Source: Octopus vulgaris
Taxonomy: Eukaryota
DNA: 64,000 bases
Direction: 5' to 3'
Assembly: GCA_951406725.2 (NCBI GenBank)
Contig: OX597842.1
Coordinates: 19,468,001-19,532,000 of the forward strand
Position 1 is the stretch's first letter. Each line of letters opens with the position of its first letter. The position numbers were made by a program, and so were the translations under genes. Of this stretch, positions 27,356 to 41,887 are shown one piece after another. The notes beneath the pieces were generated by a model. It searched no databases and was not told the DNA's origin. It saw only the letters and a list, made by a program, of their open reading frames with translations.

Positions 27356-27991
27356 TGAGGAATAGATTCATTTCCCAAGTTACAGACATTGTTTATGAGT
27401 TTTATTTTTCAAGCACAACATCCAAATTTTGAAAGTTTCTACTACCATAACAAATGCATCTGTGTCTTACCAAGAAGTTTATAAAAAGTAAAGGAATGCT
27501 TCTCAGTAAACAACTCTAGACTTGTTTCTTGTGAATCAGTGGTCACGTCTACAAATGATGGTGTCCCTGAGTCTTGTGAAAGTGATTCAGAAAACAATTA
27601 TAGTAATAATATTTTATCTATTCTAAATGATCTTGACATTGTTTTTGACTTTACATAAAATATTATTTACATTTTACTGTTGTTTTATTGTCATTTATTT
27701 ACAAGTATTATAAATTTTATTGGTAAAATATTTTTCTAGAAATGAATTACAATTTATAACATTGCTTCTATGGGAAATTATTGCTTTGCTTTATGAGTTT
27801 TCACTTTAGGAGCAATCTCCAGGAAGAAATTAACTCATATATCAAGGCATTATTGTATCTGACATTATTTTGGCACAAGGCCAGCAATTTCAGGGGAAGG
27901 AGTAAGTTGAATAACCACATGGATCAGCATGTGTGCTTTTTACATGAACTAGCACAAATGCTTCTTACAGGGAGTGGCATTGCACGATATA

Positions 27992-28391
27992 TCTATATAT
28001 ATAAAGCTGAAGTTGTCTGTGTGTGTGGCTGGTTTGGTAGCCCTCAACTAACACTATCTCCTCCGAGACTCTGCGGTGCAAGTTGACCAAAATTGAGAGG
28101 ATGATTGTTGAAGGATTGCTCTTCCTTCCATAGAAGAAAAAAATTCAAATCGCACCATGTCAACACCAAAAATTATTTAGATCAGAAAGGTGCTTTTTTT
28201 TCTATGAAAATCCCTACTTTTTACGATTCTTTGACTGCTGTGTCGCCATTTTTCAGTGTATTTCAACCAGAAAACTGTTCACTTTAAGAGAATAGCAAGC
28301 TACATAATGCAAGATTTTTACTTTTCAAAAATTCCAATTCTAAAGGGTCAAAAAGAAAACAAATGCGAGCAACACTGGGCGATTCTTGTAG
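27992..28391 (+). mobile_element. Non-autonomous Helitron-like element
   Basis: Near-identical to 283-682. Confidence 0.65.
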
Positions 28392-29260
28392 GATATATAT
28401 ATTTATATATATTTATATGGAGTTATTATGTTACTTCTCATATATATTTGAAGACGCATGGCTCTCTAATTCCTAATTATCTTGTATGTTTTACACTGTT
28501 GTTTCTCTTTCGTTTCAGATTATCAGATGACATCTGCTTCACAGGATTTTTACATAAGCAACGTCATTAGAATGGAAAGTCTTTTGAAGACTGAGCAAAG
28601 ATGTTATACAAAACACGTATAACCCTGTTTCTATAAATATTTACTGAATTACTGCAAAATATATCTTCTAAACTCTGACATATTTTGCAAAATTTCTCTT
28701 CTTTATTGTCTGGAATACACAGAAAATTATATTTGCATATTAATTAATCATTTAGCATTTAAACTAGCACAAATATTCTGACCTCTCACACTGTCCCTCA
28801 GTGTCAATTTAAACATAAACAATCAAATCACTGAAGTCTCAAAGCTATGAGATAATCCATGATTAATTCAAGACAATATGAATAAATAAGCATTACATTT
28901 CACAAAGGAATCTCAATGCTAAACGGTTAAACTGGCCATATTTTTGTGTGTTTTATATTCATACTAGCCAGATCCCACCCCTCACACCCACCCTACAAGG
29001 TCATTCTAAAAATAAACAATCACAACATTGAAATCTGAACATGATAACATAATGAATTCAGAAGAATTTCAATAAACATTCTATTTGACTGATTAATCTG
29101 AATGTTAATGAGTTAAAGCAATTAAGAAGGCAGTTTGCAGCATCTTCAGATATTAACAAAGATCACTTTTGATGGAGATATATCAGTAGAAATATTTGTT
29201 AAGAGCAATATACGAGAAGAAGGAAAACCTTTGTGTAATGTGACGAGAGAAAGGAAAATT

Positions 29261-30624
<1,364 letters not shown>

Positions 30625-30787
30625 TAGCAATGTCATATCTGTGGTAAATTATTTTATGAAAATAGAATCTTAACTAATCAGATACATATTCACACAGATG
30701 AGAAGTCATATCATTGCGGTGTCTGTGGTAAGTCATTCTCTGATGGACCCAGCTTAACTGTTCGCAAATACGTTCATTCAAGTGTGA

Positions 30788-31051
<264 letters not shown>

Positions 31052-31687
31052 TGAGGAATAGATTCATTTCCCAAGTTACAGACATTGTTTATGAGTTTTA
31101 TTTTTCAAGCACAACATCCAAATTTTGAAAGTTTCTACTACCATAACAAATGCATCTGTGTCTTACCAAGAAGTTTATAAAGAGCAAAGGAATGCTTCTC
31201 AGTAAACAACTCTAGACTTGTTTCTTGTGAATCAGTGGTCACGTCTACAAATGATGGTGTCCCTGAGTCTTTTCAAAGTGATTCAGAAAACAATTATAAT
31301 GATCATATTTTATCTATTCTAAATGATCTTGACATTGTTTTTGACTTTACATAAAATATTCTTTACATTCTACTGTTGTTTTATTGTCATTTATTTACAA
31401 GTATTATAAATTTTATTTGTAAAATATTTTTCTAGCAATGAATTACAATTTATAACATTGCTTCTGTGGGAAATTATTGCTTTGCTTTATGAGTTTTCAC
31501 TTTAGGAGCAATCTCCAGGAAGAAATTAACTCATATATCAAGGCATTATTGTATCTGACATTATTTTGGCACAAAGCCAACAATTTCAGGGGAAGGAGTA
31601 AGTTGAATAACCACATGGATCAGCATGTGTGCTTTTTACATGAACTAGCAGAACTGCTTCTTACAGGGAGTGGCATTGCACGATATA

Positions 31688-32089
31688 TCTATATATATAA
31701 CGCTGAAGTTGTCTGTGTGTGTGTGGCAGGTTTTGCAGCCTTCAACTAACACTATCTCTATCGAGACACTGTGGCGCAAGTTGATCAAATTTGAGAGTAA
31801 TGATACAAGAAGGCTTGCTCTTCCTTACGTAGAATAAAAAATTCAAATCGGCCCATGTTAACACCAAAAATTATTTAGATCAGAAAGGTGCTTTTTTTTC
31901 TATGAAAATCCCTACTTTTTACGATTCTTTGACAGCTGTGTCTCCATTTTTCGGTGCATTTCAAGAAGAAAAATGTTCATTTAAAGAGAATAACAAGCTA
32001 CATAATGCAAAATTTTTACTTTTCAAAAATGCCAATTCTAAAGGGTTGAAAAGAAAACAAATCCGAGCAACACTGGGCGATTCTTCTAG
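31688..32089 (+). mobile_element. Non-autonomous Helitron-like element
   Basis: A|TC start; hairpin plus CTAG end. Confidence 0.7.
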
Positions 32090-32727
32090 GATATATATAT
32101 ATATGAAGTTATTATGTTACTTCTCATATATATTTGAAGGCGCATGGCTCATTCGTGAGTTCAATTCATGTCATCTTCATCAGATTGAACAGTGTTAAAG
32201 GTTAAAGGGTCAAAGCGAAATGCAGCCACATTTTCTCTACAAAACTACTTTAAGACGTTTTCCAATGGCTGAATGACGACACGTATTAATCTGGTTTCTT
32301 CTCTAAATATTCTGGTAAAGTAAGGATGCATCTTGTACACCAGCAAATACTCAGTGAAGTGCAAGTTAATTCATAATTAGTCAACGCCGTTGCCAAACAT
32401 TGAAGAATCTTGTTTAATAATTTGACTAATTTAGTGAAATTCAAAAGTTACTCCAATACTGATTCGGTGTAAGGAATGGAAACCTACTTATTTCCCTTTA
32501 ATTTCTATTTACTTTCTTAAATCTCCCATACTGAAGGATTATGCTTATTAGAGCCATGCTATCCATGCCAACCATGTACAATTACTAACATTTTCTCACA
32601 CTAAACCATCCCACTTACTAAAAATATCCTTCTTCTAGAGGATGGGGTTTAGTCAACTGGTACTTAATTTATCGACCCCGAAACGATGAAAGGCACAATC
32701 GATCATGGTGGAATTTGAACTAAGAAC

Positions 32728-32980
32728 TGTGGGATGACGTCAGCGGCTAGGAAGCTGACCGGAAGAGGAAGGGCGCGCACAGGGTTGGGGCGGTTGCGCC
32801 CTTTTCGATCGGGGAAGTTATGAGTGCAGGACGTGTCAGTGCTTCAACCAGTTGAGGAATAGCAGCTGCTATTTTTAGCGTTTCGGGACGGGCCACGTGG
32901 AAGGGTACATTACCTTCAGACAGATATGGGTCAACGAAGAAAAGGTACGTGTCTTACTTCTAATCTCCCGTATTCACTAC
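32728..32980 (+). promoter_or_regulatory. 253-bp GC-rich insertion (solo-LTR-like) with promoter motifs and splice donor
   Basis: Flanked by GAAC on both sides inside a minus-strand SINE. TGACGTCA at 32735, ACCGGAAG at 32758, GGGGCGG, CACGTG, and AAG|GTACGT at 32945. Confidence 0.55.
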
Positions 32981-33065
32981 GAACGTAGCGACGGTCGAAA
33001 TAGCGGTTAGCATTTCGTCCGGCGTGCTAACGATCCTGCCTGCTCGCCGCCCTGCAAAATACGTT

Positions 33066-33186
33066 AGATGCTTTGGGCAGATAGGTTGTCCAAGCGGTCA
33101 CCCGTCTAAGTACCCTGCAGGCTGGACATTGCTTCACTTCGGTGATCAGGCGAGACAAGGTGCAATCAGCATTATATGGCTGTAAT
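33066..33186 (-). pseudogene. 5S rRNA pseudogene / 5S-derived sequence
   Basis: Minus strand ATTACAGCCATA..TCTCGCCTGATCACCGAAGTGAAGC..GTACTTAGACGGGTGACCGCTTGG; ~120 nt, with TTTT shortly downstream. Confidence 0.75.
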
Positions 33187-33522
33187 AACAATATTAACAG
33201 TTTCAAAACATTCGCATTTTCTGAAGGTGGTAAAGTAGAGTTTGGTCAGTCGCTCGTACAAGTTATGCTCCTTATAATTATTTATTCAGTTATCTGCTAG
33301 GAGCAAAGTTTTTATTAAAAGGCCTACTGATGGTGGTTTGGGGGAGTTAGTAACTACCATCGACCTCCTGTTTTGAATGGGTCTTTATTTTATTCATCCC
33401 AAAGCAATGAAAGGTAATATTGACATCGGTGGGATTTCGTTTCGGTAATTAAAGCAAACCAATGTATGTTTTATACATTCCCCTTTTTTATAAGTTTTTG
33501 TCAGTGATATTTCTGGTGTCAG

Positions 33523-33632
33523 ATATTCTTTGATCTCGTCTGAAATTAATGATTTTTCTGGATGAATTTCTACTTTTGTATCAAAAGTGAAGGGGAAAGG
33601 ACTATTTCGAAGATAACGAGTGAGATTAAATT
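33523..33632 (+). other. Putative non-coding 5' UTR exon of ZNF copy 6
   Basis: TCAG|ATATTC ... ATT|GTGAGT; paralog of 7885-8000. Confidence 0.5.
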
Positions 33633-34912
33633 GTGAGTGAAGTAATAATTTCTTCTTATTTTATATGAAATTTCGTTTTCTCTTTCTACAAACCTGTTTT
33701 AGTGGGAAATCTTAACAATATTCAAGATTTCTTTACATTTTCCCGATCATAAATGCTATTTGTAAACCTGCTGAAATTATGAAGATTAAGTTATTTATAG
33801 AAAAATATGTTTTTATGAAATTTGCTATAAATACCATTCAGAATGTGTGTATTAGAATTCTATCGGAATTTAATATGAAAATATAAATTTGGTGGGCTCG
33901 TACACATGAAAGTTAAAATTTTTAACGAAATTCTGGATTTGTCTCAGTATGTATGTGTATTTGTGTGTCTTTGTGTTAGTGTTTCTTCCCCTCCCATTCC
34001 CGCTTAACAAACGGTGTTGGTATATTTACATCCCTGGAACTTTCGGCAGCAGACTGATAAAATGAGTGCCAGGCATAAAAAACAAATACATATATGTAGT
34101 GGATGCGTGGATGTATTAATAAATACATAAGTGCTTTGTAATAAATTAAAGATTTATTATCACTACATCAATTTGTAAGCAATGTTACACATCGCTTGTA
34201 CAAAATGCATATTAAATAGTGGTTGCAAATAATACATATTAAAGGAATGCATAATACAGGATACACATTAAAGCAGAATATGTTTGATGGTGTGTGTGTG
34301 TGTAAATCATGCAGTACAGAGTCACCTTTCTGAATATTCTTTCGTCGTCCTCATAAATGCGTGACGTTCTCTTAAACGTTGGTTCGGCTTCTCTCTAGAT
34401 ACCTATTTCTCCGTTCTATTTATAACATCTCAAATAGCCAGAAAAATAGATATACCGCAAGAGTGTTATTGCGTACAGTAGGTCGCTGGTCGTCCTGTTA
34501 AACTTCGCCTGACCTGCTCGGGTCAGAGGTCGAAGGGAGACGATCCATCATTTTTTTGTTATAACAAAGAGATTCTGATTTCGCGCCTTTTTGTGCATTG
34601 GTATTTTACGACCAATGATTCTTGGGTCTGATTTCGAATCCAAGCTTTGAGAAGGAAGTGCTAATTCTTACATATATATATATATATATCATGGTGTTCT
34701 ATGTAAAGGGCATCTATACTGCTCTGCATAAAAAACACCCATACAAGGACCATGTGAGAAGATCTCAATACAATCTCTAAAGTGGTGGGCATTAAGAAGA
34801 GTGTCCAGCTGTAGAAAGCAATCTAAATCAGGCAGGAACTGGGGGCAGCACTCCTGTTTGCCAGCACAGGTCAAACCAACCAACCCAGCGAAGCATAGTA
34901 AATGGACATTAA

Positions 34913-35943
34913 CCCTTTCCTTACTATATTTCTGACTAAAATACACCCCTCATGAGTTTCAATTAAATTCTAAAATAATCATTAATCTAGGCTTGTTTCA
35001 TTAAATAACTGTAACTTTTTTACTTATCAACATCTTAATGTGATATTTGGAACATAATTAAAGAATGGGTTCTTAATCAATTCTACTGCATAACTTTTGT
35101 CTCAAATTGACTTTAATTACAGGTAAATTGAGCAAAAGGTAAAAATATTAAAATTTTGTTTAAACATCACCATAGAAAATGAATCATGAGCTAATATTCA
35201 AATGGGTATGCAACAAAATTTTGATAAAGAAGAATTGTGCACATCACTATATCATCAGTTGAATTTAATGCACAACAGGTGTACCATAAAGGTGGAATAA
35301 ACTGAAATATTGGAATCCACCGTATGTTTGACCGAACTAAAGAAATCGGTCAAAAAATAATATACGGCCCTGGTTTTGGTAAGGAAGTGATAAATTCCAG
35401 ACCACATCGTTCCCTAGGCCATGCTGACTAACATTATTTTCCCTGTATAAAAACTAAATCCACGCAGTACCCAGTATTTGCTTCACAAATTTTCCGGAAT
35501 TTAAACCCTTATTTTGGCTTTGTTTACATTCTGCGAAATTTTTGTTTCCGCATTGATCGCTTCAAACAATAACTTCCAGACCACATCATACCTTAAGTCA
35601 TGCTGACTAACATTAGTTTCCTTGTATAAAAACTAAATCCACAACAGTACCCAGTATTTGTTTCACAAATTTTCCAATTCGGAATCAATGCTTGATAACG
35701 TGAAACTCCTATCTATTTTCAAAGTTGAAGAAAAATCGATGCCGAAAAAAATGTGGAAAAAAATCTCCCAAAATTCAGGGAATTAAAATTACACATCGAT
35801 CATTGTACAAAACTGTAGATGAACAGTTTAGGAAGTATAATCACGTGTTTTCACGAATGTACTAAAGAGATTTGCTCTGATATTCTCATTTAAAAATGAA
35901 TAGGTAAATTCGGGCGGCTTTGGTCGGTTTGGTAACGAAAGGG
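34913..35943. mobile_element. Non-autonomous piggyBac element (1031 bp)
   Basis: TTAA target-site duplication (34909-34912, 35944-35947); TIRs CCCTTTC(C/G)TTAC. Empty site GGACATTAAATGTAAAA at ~9734 and ~55502. Internal ~100-bp direct repeat at ~35395 and ~35575. Confidence 0.92.
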
Positions 35944-36521
35944 TTAAATGTAAAAAGCTGTGCCAAAACTGACCTTGCCTGTGATCTTTCCACTTGAAAT
36001 GTACTCAATACCCTCTGTAGTATGGTTGATGTTAGGAAGAGCATCCAGCTGTAAAAGCTGAGCCAAAACAGACACACAAGTCTGGGGCAGTCTTCTGACT
36101 GACCACCTCCTACCAAACCATCCAACAGATACTGGTATTGAAGGTGGACATTAAATGAAGGGGATCAGGAAACGAGAATCCTGGCAGTTTGCTGTGTTTG
36201 AAAAGACACATCAAGCTAAGTAAAAGCATGGTTGCCCTTGCATACAAGCTTGTCCCTTGCAACCCCCTCCAGCTGAGCATCCCTAATCCTGCAGGCTCAT
36301 GGGTGCTGATACCACGTAAAAAGCACCCAGTACATTGTGTAAAGGGTTTGTGTTAGAAAGGGCATCCAGCAATAGAAACTATTTTAAGATAGAGATGGGG
36401 CCTGATCAGCCCTTCAGCTGGTTAGCTCCTTTCAAATCATCCAACCCATGCCAGTGTCTAAAATGGAATTTAAATGATGATGAAGTAATAATTTTAAATT
36501 TATATATACACCTTATAGTAT

Positions 36522-36792
36522 ATCATTGCCTTTCTGAGCGAACGATTTGCCACAGATATCACAGTGATATGGCTTCTCACCTGTATGGACGCGTCTGTGC
36601 CTTGACAAGCCTTGATTTCGAGAGAATGATCTACCACAGGTATCACAATGATATGGCTTCTCTCCTATATGAATACGTCGGTGAGTGAGTAGGTTAGTTT
36701 TCCGAGAGAATAATTTACCACAGGTATCACAATCATATGATGTTTTGCCCTCTTCATTCTCTACATCATCAGATAAATCAATTATTTTAGAT
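36522..36792 (-). pseudogene. Inverted ZNF fragment upstream of copy 6
   Basis: Minus ORF 36513-36803: leader plus 2.5 fingers, no ATG start. Confidence 0.85.
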
Positions 36793-38088
36793 AGCCTTCT
36801 CACTGTATTTGGCTATCTGATGTCATCTACAGTATGGATATAAATGACACTGGATTTATTTGAGGAATTCCTTCATGTCAGTAGAGTTTAAAACATGGGA
36901 GAAAGAGAAAGAAAATAGAATTTCCAAGTCTAGTATTCACTACAATTGTTTCAACCCATCGTGCATCTGTGCCTCGCAGGTGAGATTCTGTACGAACAGT
37001 TGTGGGGCATCCTTTGATGCAGACATGTCTCATCAGGTGACTTATCAAATGGTCCCTCGTATTTAAATTTCTGTTTTGCTTATTTCGATTAGAATTCATT
37101 TTGGTATTTGGGACATGTCAAGCTTCTTTCAGTTTCCATCAAACATGTCTTTGATTGGCCACTCTGGGACTGAACCCAGGACCATGTGGTTGGGAAGCCA
37201 ACTTCTTACCACACAACCATCCCTGCACTTCTACAGCCATGTCTATATAAAAATGTAGTAAAACTTTCACTGCTTTAATCTCTCTAATTCCGAATTATCT
37301 TGTATGTTTTACACTGTTGTTTCTCTTTCGTTTCAGATTATCAGATGACATCTGCTTCACAGGATTTTTATATAAGCAACGTCATTAGAATGGAAAGTCT
37401 TTTGAAGACTGAGCAAAGATGTTATACAAGACACGTATAACCCTGTTTCTATGAATATTTACTGAATTACTGCAAAATATATCTTCTGAACTCTGACATA
37501 TATGTAGCAAAATTTCTCTTCTTTATTGTCTGGAATACACGGAAAATTATATTTGCATATTAATTAATCATTTAGCATTTAAACTGGCACAAATATTCTG
37601 ACCTCTCACACTCACCTTGCAGTGTCAATTTAAACATAAACAATCAAATCACTGAAGTCTCAAAGCTATGAGATAATCCATGATTAATTCAAAACAATAT
37701 GAATAAATAAGCATTACATTTCACAAAGGAATCTCAATGCTAAACGGTTAAACTGGCCATATTTTTGTGTGTTTTATATTCATACTAGCCAGATCCCACC
37801 CCTCACACCCACCCTACAAGGCCATTCTAAAAATAAACAATCACAACATTGAAATCTGAACATGATAACATAATGAATAATTAATTCAGAAGAATTTCAA
37901 TAAACATTCTATTTGACAGAGTAATCTCAATGTTAATGAGTTAAAGCAATTAAGAAGGCAGTTTGCAGCATCTTCAGATATTAACAAAGAACACTTTTGA
38001 TGGAGATATATCAGTAGAAATATTTGTTCAGAGCAATATACGAGAAGAAGGAAAACCTTTGTGTACTGTGACGAGAGAAAGGAAAATT

Positions 38089-40275
38089 ATGGAAAATGAA
38101 TTATATTGGAGTGAAGTTGAATGTAAAAGAGAGTCTGAAGAAATTGATTTTTCTGATGAGGAAAAGAATGAAAAGGGCAAAACATCATTTGATTGTGATA
38201 TCTGTGGCAAGTCGTTCTCTCGGAAAGCTAAGTTAGTCATTCACGAACGTACTCATACAGGAGAAAAACCATATCACTGTGAAATCTGTGGTAAATCTTT
38301 CTCTCGAAACGAAAACTTAACTAGGCACAAGAATGGTGTTCACACTGGAGAAGCACCATATCACTGTGATATCTGTGACAAATCGTTTTCTCAAAACGAT
38401 CATTTAACTATGCACAGGCGTGTTCATACAGGAGAAAAACCATATCACTGTGAAATCTGTGGTAAATCTTTCTCTCGAAACGATACCTTAACCAAGCACA
38501 AGCGTGTTCATACAGGAGAAAAACCATATCACTGTGATATCTGTGGTAAAATATTATCTCAGAAGGGTAGCTTAGTCACTCACCGACGTATTCATACAGG
38601 AGAGAAGTCATATCACTGTGACGTTTGTGGTAAATCATTTCTTGATATTCATCATTTAACTACCCACAAACGCATTCATACAGGAGAGAAGCCATATCAC
38701 TGTGATATCTGTGGTAAATCCTTTTCTGAAATTAGTAAAGTAACTATTCACAAGCGTGTTCATACAGGAGAAAAACCATGTCACTGTGATATCTGTGGTA
38801 AATCATTCTTTGATAAAAGTTACTTAACTAGACACATGTGTATTCACACAGGTGAAAAGCCATATCAGTGTGATATCTGTGGTAAATCTTTCTCTGAAAC
38901 TAGTACCTTAACAATGCACAAGCGTACTGTTCACACAGGAGAGAAACCATATCACTGTGATATCTGTGGTATATCATTCTCTCAAAACGATCACTTGACT
39001 ATTCATAAATGCATTCACACAGGAGAGAAACCATATCACTGTGAAGTCTGTGGTAAATCCTTTTCTCGAAACGATCACTTAACCATGCACCGGCGTGTTC
39101 ATATGGGAGAAAAACCATATCACTGTGAAATCTGTGACAAATCATTCTCCCGAAACGATCACTTGACCATGCACAAGCATGTTCATACTGGAGAAAAACC
39201 ATATCACTGTGAAATCTGTGGTAAATCTTTCTCTCAAAACGGTACCTTAACCAAGCACAAGCATGTTCATACAGGAGAAAAACCATATCACTGTGAAATC
39301 TGTGGTAAATCTTTCTCTCGAAACGAAAACTTAACTAGGCACAAGAGTGGTGTTCACACAGGAGAAGGACCATATCACTGTGAAATCTGTGACAAATCTT
39401 TCTCTCGAAACGATCACTTAACTATGCACAGGCGTGTTCATACAGGAGAAAAGCCATATCACTGTGAAATCTGTGGTAAATCTTTCTCTCGAAACGATAA
39501 CTTAACCAAGCACAGGCGTGTTCATACAGGAGAAAAACCATATCACTGTGAAATCTGTGGTAAATCTTTCTCTCGATACAAATGCTTAACCAAGCACAAG
39601 CGTGTTCATACAGGAGAAAAACCATATCACTGTGAAATTTGTGGTAAATCCTTTTCTCAAAACGAAAACTTAACCATACACAGGCATGTTCATACAGGAG
39701 AAAAACCATATCACTGTGAAATCTGTGGTAAATCTTTCTCTCAAAACAAAACCTTAACCAAGCACAAGGGTGTTCATACAGGTGAAAAACCATATCACTG
39801 TGAAATCTGTGGTAAATCCTTTTCTCAAAACGATAACTTAACCATGCACAAGCGTGTTCATACAGGAGAAAAACCATATCACTGTGAAATCTGTGGTAAA
39901 TCTTTCTCTCGAAACGATTGCTTAACCAAGCACAGGCGTGTTCATACAGGAGAAAACCCATATCACTGTGATATCTGTGGTAAATCTTTCTCTCTAAATG
40001 ATACCTTAACCAAGCACAGGCGTGTTCATACTGGAGAAAACCCATATCACTGTGATATCTGTGATAAATCCTTCTCTCGAAGTGATAGCTTGACTAAGCA
40101 CATACGCATCCATACAGGTGAGAAGCCATACTACTGTGATATCTGTGGTAAATCCTTTTCTCAAAGCGATACCTTAAGTAGGCACAAGATTAGTGTTCAT
40201 ACAGGAGAAATACCATATCATTGTGATATCTCTGGTAAATCATTTTCTCAAAATAGTCAGCTGCTTAATCACTGA
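38089..40275 (+). CDS. C2H2 zinc-finger protein, copy 6 (728 aa, 24 fingers)
   Basis: ATG 38089; longest uninterrupted finger array in the window. Confidence 0.92.
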   Translation: MENELYWSEVECKRESEEIDFSDEEKNEKGKTSFDCDICGKSFSRKAKLVIHERTHTGEKPYHCEICGKSFSRNENLTRHKNGVHTGEAPYHCDICDKSFSQNDHLTMHRRVHTGEKPYHCEICGKSFSRNDTLTKHKRVHTGEKPYHCDICGKILSQKGSLVTHRRIHTGEKSYHCDVCGKSFLDIHHLTTHKRIHTGEKPYHCDICGKSFSEISKVTIHKRVHTGEKPCHCDICGKSFFDKSYLTRHMCIHTGEKPYQCDICGKSFSETSTLTMHKRTVHTGEKPYHCDICGISFSQNDHLTIHKCIHTGEKPYHCEVCGKSFSRNDHLTMHRRVHMGEKPYHCEICDKSFSRNDHLTMHKHVHTGEKPYHCEICGKSFSQNGTLTKHKHVHTGEKPYHCEICGKSFSRNENLTRHKSGVHTGEGPYHCEICDKSFSRNDHLTMHRRVHTGEKPYHCEICGKSFSRNDNLTKHRRVHTGEKPYHCEICGKSFSRYKCLTKHKRVHTGEKPYHCEICGKSFSQNENLTIHRHVHTGEKPYHCEICGKSFSQNKTLTKHKGVHTGEKPYHCEICGKSFSQNDNLTMHKRVHTGEKPYHCEICGKSFSRNDCLTKHRRVHTGENPYHCDICGKSFSLNDTLTKHRRVHTGENPYHCDICDKSFSRSDSLTKHIRIHTGEKPYYCDICGKSFSQSDTLSRHKISVHTGEIPYHCDISGKSFSQNSQLLNH

Positions 40276-40549
40276 TACATTCATACAGGGTAAAAAAAAC
40301 CATATCACTGCGAAATCTGTGGTAAATCATTCTTTCAAAATAAAGGCGTGACTAATCACAGAAGCATTCATATAGGAGAGAAGCTGTAGCAACGTCATAT
40401 CTTTGGTAAAATATTTTAGGAAAATAGAATCTTAACTAATCAGATACATATTCACACAGATGAGAAGTCATATCATTGCGGTGTCTGTGGTAAGTCATTC
40501 TCTGATGGACCCAGGTTAATTATTCGCAAATACATTCATTCAAGTGTGA

Positions 40550-40654
<105 letters not shown>

Positions 40655-40657
40655 TGA

Positions 40658-40813
<156 letters not shown>

Positions 40814-41438
40814 TGAGGAATAGATTCATTTCCCAAGTCACAGACATTGTTTATGAGTTTTATTTTTCAAGCACAACATCCAAATTTTGAAAGTTTCTAC
40901 TACCATAACAAATGCATCTGTGTCTTACCAAGAAGTTTATAAAGAGCAAAGGAATGCTTCTCAGTAAATAATTCTAGACATGTTTCTTTGCTTGTGAATC
41001 AGTGGTCAAGTCTACAAATGATGGTGTCCCTGAGTCTTTTCAAAGTGATTCAGAAAACAGTTATAATAATAATATTTTATCTATTCTAAATGATCTTGAC
41101 ATTGTTTTTGACTTTACATAAAATATTCTTTACATTCTACTGTTGTTTTATTGTCATTTATTTACAAGTATTATTAATTTTATTGGTAAAATATTTTTCT
41201 AGGAATGAATTACAATTTATTACATTGCTTCTATGGGAAATTATTGCTTTGCTTTATGAGTTTTCACTTTAGGAGTAATCTCCAGAAGAGATTAACTCAC
41301 ATATCAAGGCATTATTTTGGCGCAAGGCCAGCGATTTCAGGGGAAGGAGTAAGTTGAATAACCACATGGATCAGCATGTGTGCTTTTTACATGAACTAGC
41401 ACAAATGCTTCTTACAGGGAGTGGCATTGCATGATATA

Positions 41439-41840
41439 TCTATATAAAATAAAGCTGAAGTTGTCTGTGTGTGTGTGGCAGGTTTTGCAGCCTTCAACTA
41501 ACACTATCTCTACCGAGACACTGTGGCGTATGTTGACCAAAATTGAGAGGATTATAGATGAAGGCTTGCTCTTCCTTCCGTAGGAGAAAAAATTCAAATC
41601 GCACCATGTCAACACCAAAAATTATTTAGATCAGAGAGGTGTTTTTTTTTCTATGAAAATCCCTATTTTTTACGATTCTTTGACTGCTGTGTCACCGTTT
41701 TTCGGTGTATTTCAACCAGAAAAATGTTCACTTAAATAGAATAACAAGCTACATGATGCAAAATTTATACTTTTCAAAAATTCCAATTCTAAAGGGTCGA
41801 AAAGAAAACAAACCCGAGCAACGCTGGACTATACTTCTAG
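41439..41840 (+). mobile_element. Non-autonomous Helitron-like element
   Basis: A|TC ... CCCGAGCAACGCTGG..CTAG|T. Confidence 0.75.
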
Positions 41841-41844
41841 TATA

Positions 41845-41887
<43 letters not shown>

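Noticed and set aside
36513-36803. Independent minus-strand ZNF genes
   Set aside because: No ATG, truncated mid-finger, sharp insertion boundaries relative to the empty site, and one copy is frameshifted.
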